The translations under genes were made by a program, and so were the position numbers. A model generated the notes under the pieces. The model saw nothing but the letters and a program-made list of their open reading frames with translations. It made no database searches and was not told the DNA's origin. Below, in pieces: positions 63,501-63,998 of a DNA stretch of 64,000 bases (the stretch's first letter is position 1; each line of letters opens with the position of its first letter). Source of the stretch: an uncultured Methanosarcinales archaeon (GTDB lineage Archaea; Nanobdellota; Nanobdellia; Woesearchaeales; ARS49); NCBI GenBank assembly GCA_964637115.1, contig CAZWVL010000001.1, forward strand, positions 127,340 to 191,339, written 5' to 3'.

Positions 63501-63998
63501 GCACAAAGTCGGATCATCAGCATTCGAACAACCAAAGACACAACCCTCATAATTGAAATCAATTAATTTTTCACCAGGACTTGCAATAACGCTGCCAGTA
63601 ACAACATCATACTTCACACCAACATCACTAGAAACTTCAACAGGAGCGACTGTAGGCGACACTTCTTCAGACTGCCCGTGTGCAGCAGCACACTCCTGCA
63701 TACAATCGCCCAATCCAGGCGGACCTTCGCCAGGTGGAATATCTTCAGGCGGATACTCTTCCGGAGGAGGCTCAGTGCACGCAGGATGATCTTCTTCCTT
63801 GCACACTCCGCCTTTGTCAACACATTTTTCTTTTTCAGATTCTTCTTCACCTTGTCCTTGCGGTGATTGTCCTCCGCCTGCTCCAGCGTCCTGACCAATC
63901 TGCTGAGGAGCACCCTGCTGGAAAACACCACCCTGACCAATTTGTTGAGGAGCACCCTGCTGGAAAACACCACCCTGACCAATTTGTTGAGGAGCACC
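27507..63998 (-). CDS. Giant multidomain membrane-anchored protein, at least 12,163 aa, 5'-truncated by the window edge
   Basis: The ORF-track frame (27507-63806) stays open upstream to 63998 (GAPQQIGQGGVFQQ...EKCVDKGGVCKEED); many coherent domain motifs are in frame. Confidence 0.93.
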   Translation of the reverse strand, partial: GAPQQIGQGGVFQQGAPQQIGQGGVFQQGAPQQIGQDAGAGGGQSPQGQGEEESEKEKCVDKGGVCKEEDHPACTEPPPEEYPPEDIPPGEGPPGLGDCMQECAAAHGQSEEVSPTVAPVEVSSDVGVKYDVVTGSVIASPGEKLIDFNYEGCVFGCSNADDPTLCAQDCKKRARKPTLDRPPVVPTESSSDQSGDSPAVCVGEGINAMLKVKGEAEAGGSVKITMDAKKFVEESCAGQENVLSCVAVCDPIDLGCMRKCKASPSSCVDRALGDATSGADAKARAMEECKDQPQEMLDCIKACEVPAEEFPAQPPAARPEMPDEPHDGIIISQISPPLFVGAAPSVELPSSIKEADSSLWPWILALILLLVMLYFMSRKKGKKGFVAMLIIAAVFGVMLIEGQSVNLSQLKSFEDVVDKSVLLLNTFDIIATHAGLGGGAGAGLSVGQAVVHNALGVRSLPRVGLATFEATKRVSAEELEARLQDLKASAFVEIFNPGSEPVNLHDYYITNKPNSTNISQSPVNYSYYLISINKTQTISPAALADGYWIAAFPNGSVLGPKGHYVIAVDAAAYEKMYDDNADAALTNKSGSNVSVMREIFNGSIPLNAKIDVNTVALFRWDGAGVKIADTDYLNVGDAKGAVDKTSIHVNGIIYAADTPIRKQQVIPSIDLAQVRPDLNVAYLRNESTCFEPRERRASYANGPKCDDLMCDETSERDAFTLRDASPRSFECLPPEVSKTTGALISGMFGLEFEGPSQGPMPPTGPNVASGPNIPGAGSSGGSSTSTSKECPCPTPSDECPPPPPPPPPPPPPQQPPPPPPPPPTTVTGDTPTPTPTSTPGGRCCIYCTKNKKVTWVPVPDAPIAKCKGSQASPCKPGETPVITTPEDPNCKKKKKPCPTKVPCPTLTPCETPIPEKPCCVYCEKDKKTIFFFDPLDEATCKTQKAMADAGIAAWCVGGTAEIVESGHPKCKLAEKECCQCKRKKTSLFGAKPPKGVELPFMKQFKNECENGKFSDNCKKECDKNFYEEPTCVPNDKCAEGPGGGGPKPKECCCVKPKAAKCVRDGIAAALQFKGEQESSARENGALMKVLPDFKKFASETCAGNAPVMECVAKCDAADLGCLQTCRGPEDAQAEDGKVEALDKPPTAPERSAAVKFRSSITGSQALNVESMMKQASQDVEPESKGPPAECEKKARERAESMKDRVEAEAGKPGIVKSEVAVDKLIAEECTGEPMQEEECDEQAPESSAEEKPEEKSENEDGGEKEEKKEPGKCVKEGGKPEKPDHPACAGGPEEGLPEEGPEEVPSGLGDCMQECAAAHGQPVKESPVGLTRTVYDYGTPVPSPAGLTRTVYDYGTPVTSPAGLTRTVYDYGTPVPSSVGLTRSVYDYGTPVPSPAGLTRSVYDYGPYTTPVEQSIVPTVTISEEQNCVDRALSFALGDATSGVDAKMRAFEECKDQPYEMLDCIQACEIPEEAAPEETPPPTPSPTLEPKTHLGIIISQVSPPLEAVLAPSIEKPTAVTAESSNMWPLILALVLLLVMLYFVLRKKGKKGFVAMLIIAAVFGVILIEGQSVDQFKSLEDSADDSVLIPGVSDVISTQVGLAGGAGAGIVAGQAAAQNMRGEEAQPRFALGTAEATAKLSAEELEARLQELKAAAFVEIFNPDDESIKLDYFYITNKPNSTNISLSPENYSYYLISVNKSRTISPSALADGYWIAAFPENTTLAPHTHYVIALDADAYEKVYEEKPNATLTNKSVTNVSVMRELFNGSIPVNANIDSNTIAIFRWHNGTIKILDIDYLNLGNAQSAVDKSGVRISGIIYGKDTPIEKQQVLPTVNLAQIRKGVNVAYNRDPATCIEPRERRAADANGPECEEGACDETSERDAFTLKDAVPRTFECIPADQTLVGGVVISLEAGSTVTGPITGSDEYEDCPTPTPCATPTPCKTPVSPPPPPPPPPPPPPPPGIPSVDKCCCQGGTKAGMIMTGVACKTGTATGESVPANFGECDKAGGKPTTDLTKCLATPTPSAEKCCCTSGPNKGKIMEGAACKTGTATGQNVPADWGACGGATPNLNDPACAGGPTPTPTQAPCCCIGKDGKAEWKGADYCSEKKAEPGKTVVAGQLDSDCKKAGGKVDKTGAACTPSKGCCICRITSTTTKPLFGISQKQGEKKMHFKCDAKGPTQQCKDACKKIAGSSLFRTECVENEKCKEECSDCPESGHGGQPKLPNEHKGLELKPPLYTDGLPPQQPEQPGDPPKKQCCCVKTKEKEDKAEQDKKNVLAAFEKITGRQIQDADEMPECEKKARERAAGMKGQVETEGGKEGVLEAEVDIDAVIQEECIGEPMQDEECDGMKPESPQGKGKGKATGRITGWQALDKLQEQAQRGKDKKEPGKCKKEGGSPERADHPACAGQAMPGGAPGVPTCPEGFVPVQVPSDGGFEPNEPLQQPTQPTPPPEEPHMGFIISQVSPPLFASPALEMPLEASKQKLRFGILGFLLAALIAIIALVIFRTLYSREDKGKRIIGLFMMFLIVSLSYAPAVVEGQSVDRYEGSVVALAGSNYPTWLLPVAKPQYKSFEDVADKSVLLPDAGDVIGTQSGLGGGASAGLGIGQAIAQKLLGIVPQPQVGLGTAGVIAQSDQDIGKHLDELRTSAFIELYNPEDKPLNLSTYYITNKPVSVQEIEGSEPENFYYYLITVNTSQTISPSALAEGYWIASFPNNSIVAPNEHYVIAINASAYEQVYDDKPNATLVRDAGIPLMIEIFDGSIPQNAKIDSNTIALFKWDGKSKKVEDTDYLNVGDAQSAVDKTDVEVEGEKYGADTPVKKQQVLPEVDVASIRPDVNVAYNRDPKTCVEPRERRAADANGPECEGGACDETSERDAFGLKDAEPRVFECANVPLKTGVTGGAALNMDVVMKKLLDSRALAAAQSALSQPHLLTDAASAGFNAGRESAEDAEEESSDVLCVPAGAPSPCVSEGIDKARQASAEIADTYRTAERSVKLLPDFKTSAMDACKDDSQSLDCLSQCDSADLGCLSGCGAEPQTLDQLADRPEITEKVRIDDRDSAVGVKYAKEVRRLYSEADEHGQAMVSPEAFVSRITGGHVAETAPNSVTGAIAAEFSNVITGLQAAPAAPVAPKLPAPPSQWKNSGLDMSRGGEAVNPGMDSGKIDVKPAKGNLPAQEADYEKFDHPVGPAEVLNEIYSNANRKGSNWEATKNFWRHFEDNVGWAKAEEDSCIDKGKADEAMAHATAAMKSAEKILDGIAPFLDGDLKMAVDKMFKSDEQRAEEKSNADKAKKNWEDQFKDPKTGKFPEGFDPAKAARDAIQEFEKTGYGLEQAGSAAEYLGAQGVGDYGAGPTAFDAQVGAAQQALSGTTGNSNTANSAVNAIASEPLVKTYNDAIDNYNKWKDTPRAGEFKNKVDEAKSALQEKDPGLLNKYEKAKADADAAQKAKNDAEKNLKDAEKKQKEEQDKEKNDPNRLDKFDPKKSAQNFANKARKLASMGFVPEKVCLGSPPMDEVNALLNMAGAQADDAVKQANAAKTPMDILKAYDSAMISLVWLENAHYKYIEYKDNVVHLIRAGFNDEKCCPKRKDVGHVKQGKKKPTPTPEKPKKPTGLADVATPGHTTEGMKVPTGTGPGGIPQQAGTQGVATGQSGTGPTTGAILDITGLAVGQTQVAPAKPAAPASPGTPQDPCDPCFYNDKPYYEPEKKPEPSHVDWPPAPDFGKPPKLPGGQSGSTTPSAGKPTVPAPTVPNVTNPAVNPCAGSKYDMRKIGKDYKIVDRATGKEIDTSKLTGADKDNYDNALKHNCFKRSTVAQEAAPKQKNPCDDVIRQYGAQPFKPIDKDKALSESVEDSPFQPNKFDQNAANKLMDDFKNCNKEIKKTGEEFKKVDDQRNELLGRRRMSMEGGPRTLDGVPLEGQTRADGGIDFQNAITKEFHTSLSSADVDQLEAFNKQSADLIDTYKAHTENLDLAGTQKHYDNLVQTLPNYKDQLKNLPKDAPNRAGDVRRLEDEIKIREEAITKDAELLKKIPEWQAKNLCNTKDIVKKLQAEYGKAGLEMNADTGKITSADKSATYKGMTPDGTPIFEKGGKEFINTPEGMKPMSRWANDKGETSDKPIAGGYLEQYDPKTGRYIKKNVIDVSKIPPELLPCYKSKMEKAGEDYVKKAIADLKKLQELELEKNRLEKEKNALEGKDKDSRTADENKRLEDTKKELEDIDKKIKDIKDNTGIDSAFKDGGAKLNRLQDEYAETAKKRDERLKQLIDEGKTAGKTDEQIKEDIKNDSKYNNLQKDLDDLSKKIKDALDPSNLNLDYRKKLADLTINQGIIDADKVPDANHAGKLQMLQNAVDEAARLLGVKFDGARITPNDEFTQQYKDHMRKVLNEIIVGEGATERINGIAGAMNNMKMLSVNDANIDKMTFENNMKDALKVALNSQPMEFFDKYKTFEERVGELYNRQVAAFEEYVKNGGIPGVVAFDPQTGKTVVQWDGVRADDVLKAMKAKTYDFLSEQFKNQINQNGWKVRYDEEGNMLLTDNSGEPVILKKGDVLEVGKLSELKLTKIANAQTKGKTFAAQAKKDDALTADLKAKLKDKDWHFASDIDWDEAYKNRHALPDDVAIEFMMLYEAVKGDRAKLAKEASSKTLAAVKDKFTREYIRYGDINWDEAYKNRYELSDDTRAEVERLYEEYKGSLLLGSKKASSKTLAEVGRKFPKVTYVPVGTSLTADKIKVIKNLEAEQQLANLVEDTLNLFNRELRDAAQGKTTAFRAIDNVAARMFALRKFDPKLFESLQAALKVQDLALRKEVNEELNNLLDLQVAHLMGKKVPSTVVQAQQRQYNNARAIRAIADPTLARQYMDEAEVSLITARDDLLDAMKLHKSVSTKITQGSLTMAQKNYQKAQEEYRTFYPIAHPYLDANVADGYALRDISEHANYLIDELKRTGGKLAQQAANAIAQTVTRQFFDENGKPTTDLRPPKISDYLTEQDYANALTAWALRAGAYANTFTDINVANKDEYLRGNSIGVARYKIDGILSDGAKEFEAELAKHLKNAGLLGKFASAEGNTVAQKLENAGKGLSAVDRYRMKNLLTTDFPFKANFDSQGRYTEDFWDGILNTGTMIDVGLMIVSGGVAGAVSKVVRVTMVAAKWGQGAIKVGTFVANAAVFHVTNNLLQAGKVSLAEGRSFAAVLQDQIDEGHWGARAFIMSAAMMAGSTGMSPLQSSLRKAFAKGLGKNFGVKVAFALNLMIESGAFSLFELGTASQEQRDKMDASHIAQSFIKNLLTFGALKATHGWVDKASRPLDEMARQIEARRLGPKYEAMGKEFQSARNNFEQNKFDGKSAEGLRGKIESAQRDLVNRVKAGEISPEQFRAASGELARMDSELGRMSGEAKIGKIVEDAAKRLNKDPSQLTNADYTTRERAEIFNARRQSLDAQESALNRQQNMLDSNAPNYETAKNQINAQRFEINYQRAGINLAEASGEVQRISDNYKAHETARESQQRADAAAKEAGFDNAEQLRRSELEKSQNVKDAQKEADRLRAEGKADAAREAQREADRLSRDYNEFLAKNADALKAGEQAGESMKKVIDEQVGQRTDEINRLSKDAEALRREGKNEEADRLEAEIREKLSKLDRFLKEPEVVLKEELSAAEKTLSSAREEALRAERLRDFNTLIWMSSLDGYYKELEASGELDELSAASLRNELAARMKVEDAMREARKIEEWSFMNSDALKAQSEDLASHREILAKDLAEINRQAKERLISAKDAEAQRRAYTREIKQLSNLQNVLDGKLRSALELGGVKSLAELATKAKMLEARNAPEASAVRKLYEEAYLLKNSLKNLGLERERLLRTREQFFSKEVVDSAVKESQKDIENRLNEAAAKIEGKELVEAAKVSLYEAGLRASPEMRVEMEAGKIHAADKVYETLRQINELTTAGKLTEANVLRDELRTRGFGEKEIDALLKLPKGKDAVVDRDAVVDRINKDAAVQLEKLGVEKTNIERMRDGVETGRKMYEAFKGASPDQIKSAVDKASKPVVGKDGKPVLGSDGKPVREVDAKKLGEELMKIPEIASKPNAAELVKKLQTYLERVYSEVAKSKGVKGEEGRKPRADQVETIINAIVKEGVLIQAPTGFGKTATFTPDRILWDVLFGKGAHLNIQTEAQKRSALYKDIKGFVERVLGEGSVREFSLTEIDAKTGKMKDRDLTESDLEAARDAKVLITDFATIQRVTSASLFGATFKELSIADRMMSALKKRAGLIDEIQKIAEATDLIRTLATEKLSASVDGLAKIKASGDVLKLLESKGFKIGDEFAANNKKVIEDLLKTNGDKAAELNKEVAELRKRGLEADAKDLESAARELAREPNDLFNEFKDSALKDFASELSKILGKEVTVDALKKGFGDLKQYKELLGELKDVLKDESLKKGYETIVDAAGNVKEVRPMQERAVAQEGMSFGDVNRHIIIETLVKGAGAKASLGELEITTKSAKSNMKDFLREFGKYTALTATQKLVEGALRGSTGLETILLESGALRWVSPEMLRDAIKAEFGEKVADAFKFDAQRADARLKAGEGPNARENLGLEGRIKVLDNVKSYIEDGFRKGGLDSYIYAAGKGYADAVRIGREALESRVLEGTAKEGDFLLVRTPKEVGGKYLLSEVVKTAEGKLEIKTTEVDPKRVVLEKGLKGRNGAVITNEIEGLDLKTTQSRDIDANAAFKSRLERGEVGAEFGETRFKVIVDKSTSLTDVEQALGRKRNVGDSIEVGSLDASINDVKSLLKSALRREAAGIKEYTERSDLQDLDQVVRGGFSRAIKSELARAERGEISREDAMRNIKGLQDQLIRYDQFTSAKEPSLDSAYGQKTVDRMKSEIERRAKYVQDNLLNSPEIQQLGEAGKDIFKDLGSYDAKPVALSDAAPFKSGKSLLEAKNFREFKEILEDVRSKDSYNEFSKGDTPINNAVKRIVEVETRKIDSLKADAAQARESAVKNTEALESARDKLTNALDNFATAQENLAKAVTAEERASYAAQVDVAALQVEGAQIEVEQSNLALQQDRVRADVTEFMINVVQAAAINPQELGTLGMDAAKEAFIANVRAKAAESEVNYESLKFDVLSSLADNGDIDLKQELVKLQGAAQADDSLQLALPAYEAASQSPEYLEIANLLKSAGVQTTSQLRSLISQRVSEGKLDEAAGLQSQLSGIESSLRAQQQKILEARQAAIEKAGDAAIAQSKLNGVKTAIEHLKEMQELYAPEEAAKPAVPEKVVEPAVARKPVLPGIAEEPFYKRTTSEQDVRAAISDILIQEVRAENAVRDVLKKANVLYDPAMEGVVKQIINSYIQQGLWDATVLDEALSALALSADARRAILSETFDAIRKSDQLPSAIKSSLSAVDKYIKEQIRSENKNLLDQIKDVKKREIALDNMFKAQRAERVAMLVANAEMASIGARSERIGSTEISGINSPEKEVSGGDARLTFTFTGSDGKARVLIINGDGKGHSIEASLLKSIPADIIRKITADYKSTDKAVSDSARDLLEHPEKLTALIASETRKYYKSGDFMTFSATVLNPETGKAEIVTAGEVVLIVRANGDMELVRSKYPGTIDGILPLGLPKPFTVEKPVEIELGKGDLLIHLTDGLYEQYRGEEQYDFIFKRDAEGQVMYDANGNHILNPESDTISIIRAGVQNGWTAEQIRDAVLRGTRDFAQDAPRDDDITLTIVKVAEPAPVIRSDILPPEGTELVSPAGIFRRSAEGQEVFGALEAIIDADPVKLQEMRKMRQLADLPTDGLDAEVAVGLAGSAAQSAINPYPSDIDFAALIRLRGSPEKAYANFATMLQRYVRGLQGRKDVIFEVLDLGSDSTGKKKIKWTFEEVLAGEKIVEGRKITLVQAAREQMASEIARGGRVLWKIDLVALYDGRYKPMSIVLNTAVEDPATNAIEIADPRTLPINALQQVYFTRGEADLVADTVLRTQGRYSYLDKSLREKYSNIMREEIEKYAEVGDPHENYFKVLKRLYKKSVAEGDLETARTLTQAYSTFFSRLNEVADELETLGIALEKGLPVDINIVRAQLEGHLKELTISGTDTPQVGADVARARVIEALSKLDDPKAAGAILKPLKEELLKTMSAEAREFLRSRPEIYSIVEQILRTPMTRNLYFGVKPSRIVISQDILSDLESYVSDTFDINAPEGLHMTEFFVGKINELNERLAKDFGPSVRLSPQDIDALLGLVRERVEKIKAGVVTFSGLDILGTSVVAKASPEITRQINTAIFESVEQLLKDKGVDIEKNREAVKKIFDFSTPETYKPHLSVAEYDSKVLSKNNFMDLWAKFQQRHGTNNPLAVSEIIGAMESGYKEGKTPAELETEARRVIDIFEFTRGHSNVQVGSAEFDSVDLLKSTGAGPVAIGEIGLEGAATKELEQTTVSSPERYEKTVIRKKGEVVREQLEESRTEAPALADETERHEDEMLQKALGEMVTAEPEVAKKPLLPEVEEAPEKVFTTEELESRIAKHLQRKDLSGDPQRTLDDMLAEIADVETFGRMFTQDEMYELARRKAEALMSAKQPGDQLPAEGLTRKMFDDMLFKANRRARRIPQAIDELNEKYPGYSKVYLGRDGHIMLVTDKSMNPDTDVHAAYVSRDTLGGFDGPHWTLIEKILDRLADEVGYGNYDRFKEAFFREIEDLLRTNPEFRAKFAEVHKYLYNYLQTSGAAKSGKIVFVDTCCRSIPLYLEAVLKVGSRLIPELAGKGQELDIGAFFYSSNFRDPRVVFSKESGVAETVLEGAIEDVKFDESSTADKPLYRNGNDVGLVETLINKLAVHNAIIQQKLYYVGTPADLTLIAIKMLKEGPLDERTLASLDYAFEHLEPVQRAAYGKDIQNVLREKILEEMRSIKRWLTTKKQLEKLVDAEYNKLLADARGARQSYEARILGAPVTPLPVPITGRRTLGSALGEAMLETTRIAPIFFLGIDIPIRIIVSAMGKRAEVMRLDELAEGSRVILTQKNGVTEDVVVLGLDKDGDLIIRRPDGSEATRYMSQLKTFELVKIGKGPKITAIPKVVTEPPVAKKPLLPEIEMLKEGEPYLKVDLPHVKVVEGAARLGAMGDVQGNYQVARKAMHRAGFIDANDNWNTGPENRNGKAVFVFDGDIVDAGEDAHGAAEFIRKLQAQAEASGGKVIVVRGNHEQMLLDALEQADKGVTYEYAGNSWWMQGGKATAFSFVLAKMRKDKGAQKGSPQEQDIITQLKSMPDEQLFAMFHEHMRKNKEGQEYVKFFEGLPFAVRVNNVIFVHGSPDFSAKSMEDLGKTSESQHRMMWGRYWDTLGKDIKAMEEKIRAIKQLFDKSQANAALSRIISDVDDMYVSEDFKNVIKDKVVDVINRLKRTGVDDKESHNALADELHALAVSVEGFLTGQINEFKINMGGNIIVTGHTPHGVIKGGQSEGLLDYDRGLFGINFIPRAAKEGDAQGILVFGTEGVQIKFGEELVHGENRDKKFTDEDTLKKDREKKIAELEAKTPAIEKPSPAVSVEQAAKLLSTPRSVTKQQPGSPRYYQMKKIVFALMRNNLAYLTDKYDELPVSKQEVEAFVKKYPNGLTEKDKDGILKRLPLQKRGEYSKSMDQLNELLLPKPVAKEVPAAPPVMAPKIDTLEDFINSYTALKTLPPKGTMQDFVNYLRRNGAQLDAYKKVFSEDEIRKLARKKLEQLIKEYPDDADLQELKDPEKLEHHLDFLFWKLPISMNDVPASEAELDEKLPGYAKVYLLRDSAPLIQARGALKPEEEVFAAYISRGNINELYHSLFDYMLKLAEENKKDSVNLREQVFKKVAELVKTNPKIAKEVNDAYAQLEKSGVLKQDKIVFIDWCCLRIPPIAEAIIRLKNPNIKTASFFYGSNLNDPAIMYSGDKGAAVQDIEDFLSPVESDNAGTSREPLFEPAKGETQLQSFITELFLHNAIVKYRESHPAAPRVAEPPVTKKELPKETPLAKIFREFDVDEELDPSGAEENFKKMILPALEKEKFEVEGRSYGLGEIIKFTNGYEAAVYGNGHIFITKTPEGVDSHIDLTKYAPELADKIFVSIDFYDIANIASLANIWPKLRKAEIPRGALEVYKSTYRNAQLDLEMKTDKLELPEVIQTLAKMKTGQRELIQILSVPTEFLSINVDNVIRPENLDRFVNADPELVKVYLKELSKNLETGIGTWMVYNAQNILMTDAAFIQRYVSLLGQLKNEFLFKQHMISALRYVDPAARNWFLEEVNKGTFTVFDAEILTEETLAGIIRMGYGKPAVVGTELPTNVFVAIVNKAIPLEQRTRIASAPSLELFEKTHPDVVSDTLDSLIAIAASPKIFAFTSRFIRIFAQLSPESQRQIILFVDRTNVRTARNTLREIEKIQKAPLAGQRLEDIIKGGIDENTFISLMRARIGGRPEVFEQAARRPYEQQPNEVIPVKEWKAAFERIFSPLERIVMEGPMSEEILRQLKLKKQQIMDLFDIRGAELERAYEKDLTRILESSGDVHERAQRQAELITEFMEKLEGVDSGLSAQGIEPPFNVHLERDMILGYKYERAREFLTGQKRKFGTLYVSRKSMGDDNYERTKELLKKTEKTMKGENIDTPEGFARFKKEFFRLVAEEIGKNPEFRKSAEVTWGVIEQSGLLQQKKLRFLDTCCAGTIPLYLEALLAYKKTSIETSSLLGVADYTQITLPVSLGELEADEFFPVVHASPREYKLTDVESMLREYMIELVLLNSAVEKELKHRAKDRMYYVYSGQLETLNHKSVVGADGRHYDVIETPEVDIELPKDVQEESAGLLKLSKEINAENVEAYIVSTDPDTGKLSVQGSVKPRYVIRIDPELVVHNPGVTIWISEARAFINSLIAYQNAVQAKVGVEETKKALRAAFEAILRVNPDALVLFDTTQSLAIGGILESSEFDILETVEAVVSHSTAEDMPVFRERVKDEIETMQSRLRSLAVTKAYDESSAKVAEGKMSEAEKLAAVTKAIDDVPVLQPVEVHLSQAPVLDPSDVETMSTITVKLPDGTMRETQVSINVFEEAGKIKTSFIFGEKTPLTTGEIDTISVAIKLNTPRARTEALLKVGQSAPRYYQAKKILLSLLFGNLGFMTSKYDESHQISPAIVQQFINKYPGGITEGDLQIILNKVIPQKHGEYRRAMELLNDLVLPSAMPAEETESEPPMPEKPVAVKPGVKLFDVTSVLNPFFWWEMLIKPVGSKIVSKLRPAPKVEVPAAPPAEAPAMPVEMPAKIEEPVKEELPAEVAPAEVPEEAPVKLESDIVRETVPETQGFKDWFAEQASRVAKAGMVLVTFCTIAGCSLMSRGPGEPGRGPVEQRETMSALLDRGAMSQKEVDQFFSADTGQQLKLIIFNKDGSERDVKGVNLGSILPDDDELVEQLEDKDFRVRKAALKLLRARNVQNVVPEMLKRLKDVHSAVRVEAVKSLTIVEPTKKIVLTVAKLVDDENEYVRYKAADFIRETANTLEPAELDEVKKQAAPGLLRLLESGVSAAEAAAADALGILKVKEARKILMEKTTSPDNDLRNAAFSALMSLLDSKEALDLLVQAMQNSNEKIRATAVLNLRAFINSQDASIVKTARELAIKALLQDTSSSVKVRAALVLINVKADSSWLEWLKDPKLHRYVIAALGGQQNVELLKQALQNSDPAIRTGALEALNNIEFNMNRIVEMSKDSDQQVRYSVLRALGASMYKAAGLPIWTDQAKEIILAGLKDSVPEVRAAAARVISDNGKVLDELGNNVIPLFEDADPKVREAALKAMDSTSLPGEKVKGSVDTLLKLLEDSDSAVRGRAALLLQYFRDDPTVKILHDAFLKETDADAQELMASALVSSIKQISPVFAALADAGFYPSAYSIIAFKDVTMTEVNRALETIKKLKDLGEQVDLTRDLPLLFRVDAKELDRTSLTEKIDDILKNKPSVDRTLYDLPPVSQSWEDAKSKLSVVNLYRIYLELTMLSSPEFKNSVGKIIVDDLNDFETERGGIWTEDGLIDVKPDCVGDNCAYHHSSELRKSAISPAKKPIGTWHGHNFKKEIFEKGRWRGFKEGAGPSEPDIEFAKHERMPDNIITDVSEPGQHMFNVDFYVVEGDEVVIVDLKTWSYTPESGKLPEIAGRFIEDIRDLRMPIAGFAIISLVLIGLAFAFRPRRPKPKVSAKDDDFSKRLARLKENLRKLKSASQSL
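27560..27700 (-). other. C-terminal TM anchor and basic tail of the giant protein
   Basis: MPIAGFAIISLVLIGLAFAF followed by RPRRPKPK. Confidence 0.8.
27770..28150 (-). other. JAB/MPN metallopeptidase-like domain (giant protein)
   Basis: ETERGG...IGTWHGH...GPSEPD matches the JAMM E / HxH / SxxD arrangement, with an insertion. Confidence 0.65.
28520..29900 (-). repeat. HEAT/PBS-lyase-like repeat array (giant protein)
   Basis: Recurring LxDxDxxVRxxA units (LEDKDFRVRKAA, LKDVHSAVRVEA, VDDENEYVRYKA, FEDADPKVREAA, LEDSDSAVRGRA). Confidence 0.9.
31840..32520 (-). other. D-x-C-C domain, copy 3 (giant protein)
   Basis: NVHLERD...LYVSRKSM...FLDTCCAGTIPLYLEALL. Confidence 0.6.
34230..34870 (-). other. 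D-x-C-C domain, copy 2 (giant protein)
   Basis: KVYLLRD...AAYISRGNI...FIDWCCLRIPPIAEAII. Confidence 0.6.
35650..36800 (-). other. PPP/calcineurin-like metallophosphoesterase domain (giant protein)
   Basis: GDVQG, DGDIVDAG, RGNHE, VHGS, TGHTP. Confidence 0.85.
37600..38300 (-). other. D-x-C-C domain, copy 1 (giant protein)
   Basis: KVYLGRD...AAYVSRDTL...FVDTCCRSIPLYLEAVL. Confidence 0.6.
39900..40740 (-). other. Pol-beta-superfamily nucleotidyltransferase-like domain (giant protein)
   Basis: GLAGS...PSDIDF (hG[GS]...DxD) and a third Asp in WKIDLV. Confidence 0.65.
40890..41660 (-). other. PP2C/SpoIIE-type phosphatase domain (giant protein)
   Basis: SGGD, NGDGKGHS, TFSATVLN, LPLGL, GDLLIHLTDGLYE, DDDIT. 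Confidence 0.88.
43750..45720 (-). other. SecA-like / SF2 ATPase domain (giant protein)
   Basis: Q-motif PRADQ, Walker A QAPTGFGKT, GAHLNIQT (SecA Ia-like), LIDEIQ, ALTAT, EQALGRKRNVGD (motif VI). Confidence 0.75.
48170..48670 (-). other. Gly/Ala-rich hydrophobic segment (possible membrane-inserting region)
   Basis: IDVGLMIVSGGVAGAV...VGTFVANAAVFHV...FIMSAAMMAGS...VAFALNLMIESGAFSLF. Confidence 0.6.
49880..50220 (-). repeat. 60-codon tandem duplication (DWDEAYKNR...ASSKTLA) in the giant-protein stalk
   Basis: Identical 23-mer CTGTTCTTGTACGCCTCATCCCA at 49996 and 50176, 180 nt apart. Confidence 0.85.
55330..56545 (-). repeat. TM hairpin + lamin-tail-like domain, unit 3
   Basis: Two TM helices...VVEGQSV; FIELYNPEDKPLNLSTYYIT. 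Confidence 0.75.
58310..59425 (-). repeat. TM hairpin + lamin-tail-like domain, unit 2
   Basis: WPLILALVLLLVMLYFVLRKKGKKGFVAMLIIAAVFGVILIEGQSV; FVEIFNPDDESIKLDYFYIT. Confidence 0.8.
59782..60023 (-). repeat. Five 51-nt in-frame tandem repeats encoding SPxGLTRxVYDYGTPVP
   Basis: CCATAATCATACACAG recurs at 59782, 59833, 59884, 59935 and 59986. Confidence 0.95.
61840..62925 (-). repeat. TM hairpin + lamin-tail-like domain, unit 1
   Basis: WPWILALILLLVMLYFMSRKKGKKGFVAMLIIAAVFGVMLIEGQSV; FVEIFNPGSEPVNLHDYYIT. Confidence 0.8.

Noticed and set aside
63804-63806. Start codon of the giant ORF as given by the ORF track
   Set aside because: It is an internal GTG (Val); the frame is open for another 64 codons to the window edge.
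27516-63997. Numerous 60-260 aa ORFs overlapping the giant gene (e.g. 35788-36573, 36321-37106)
   Set aside because: They are antisense or off-frame shadows with Ser/Leu/Phe-rich composition and no motifs.
27507-63998. Intein/Hint, RTX or RHS modules in the giant protein
   Set aside because: I saw no Hint-type C...HN motif, GGxGxD nonapeptides or YD-repeat core by eye; a profile search is still advisable.
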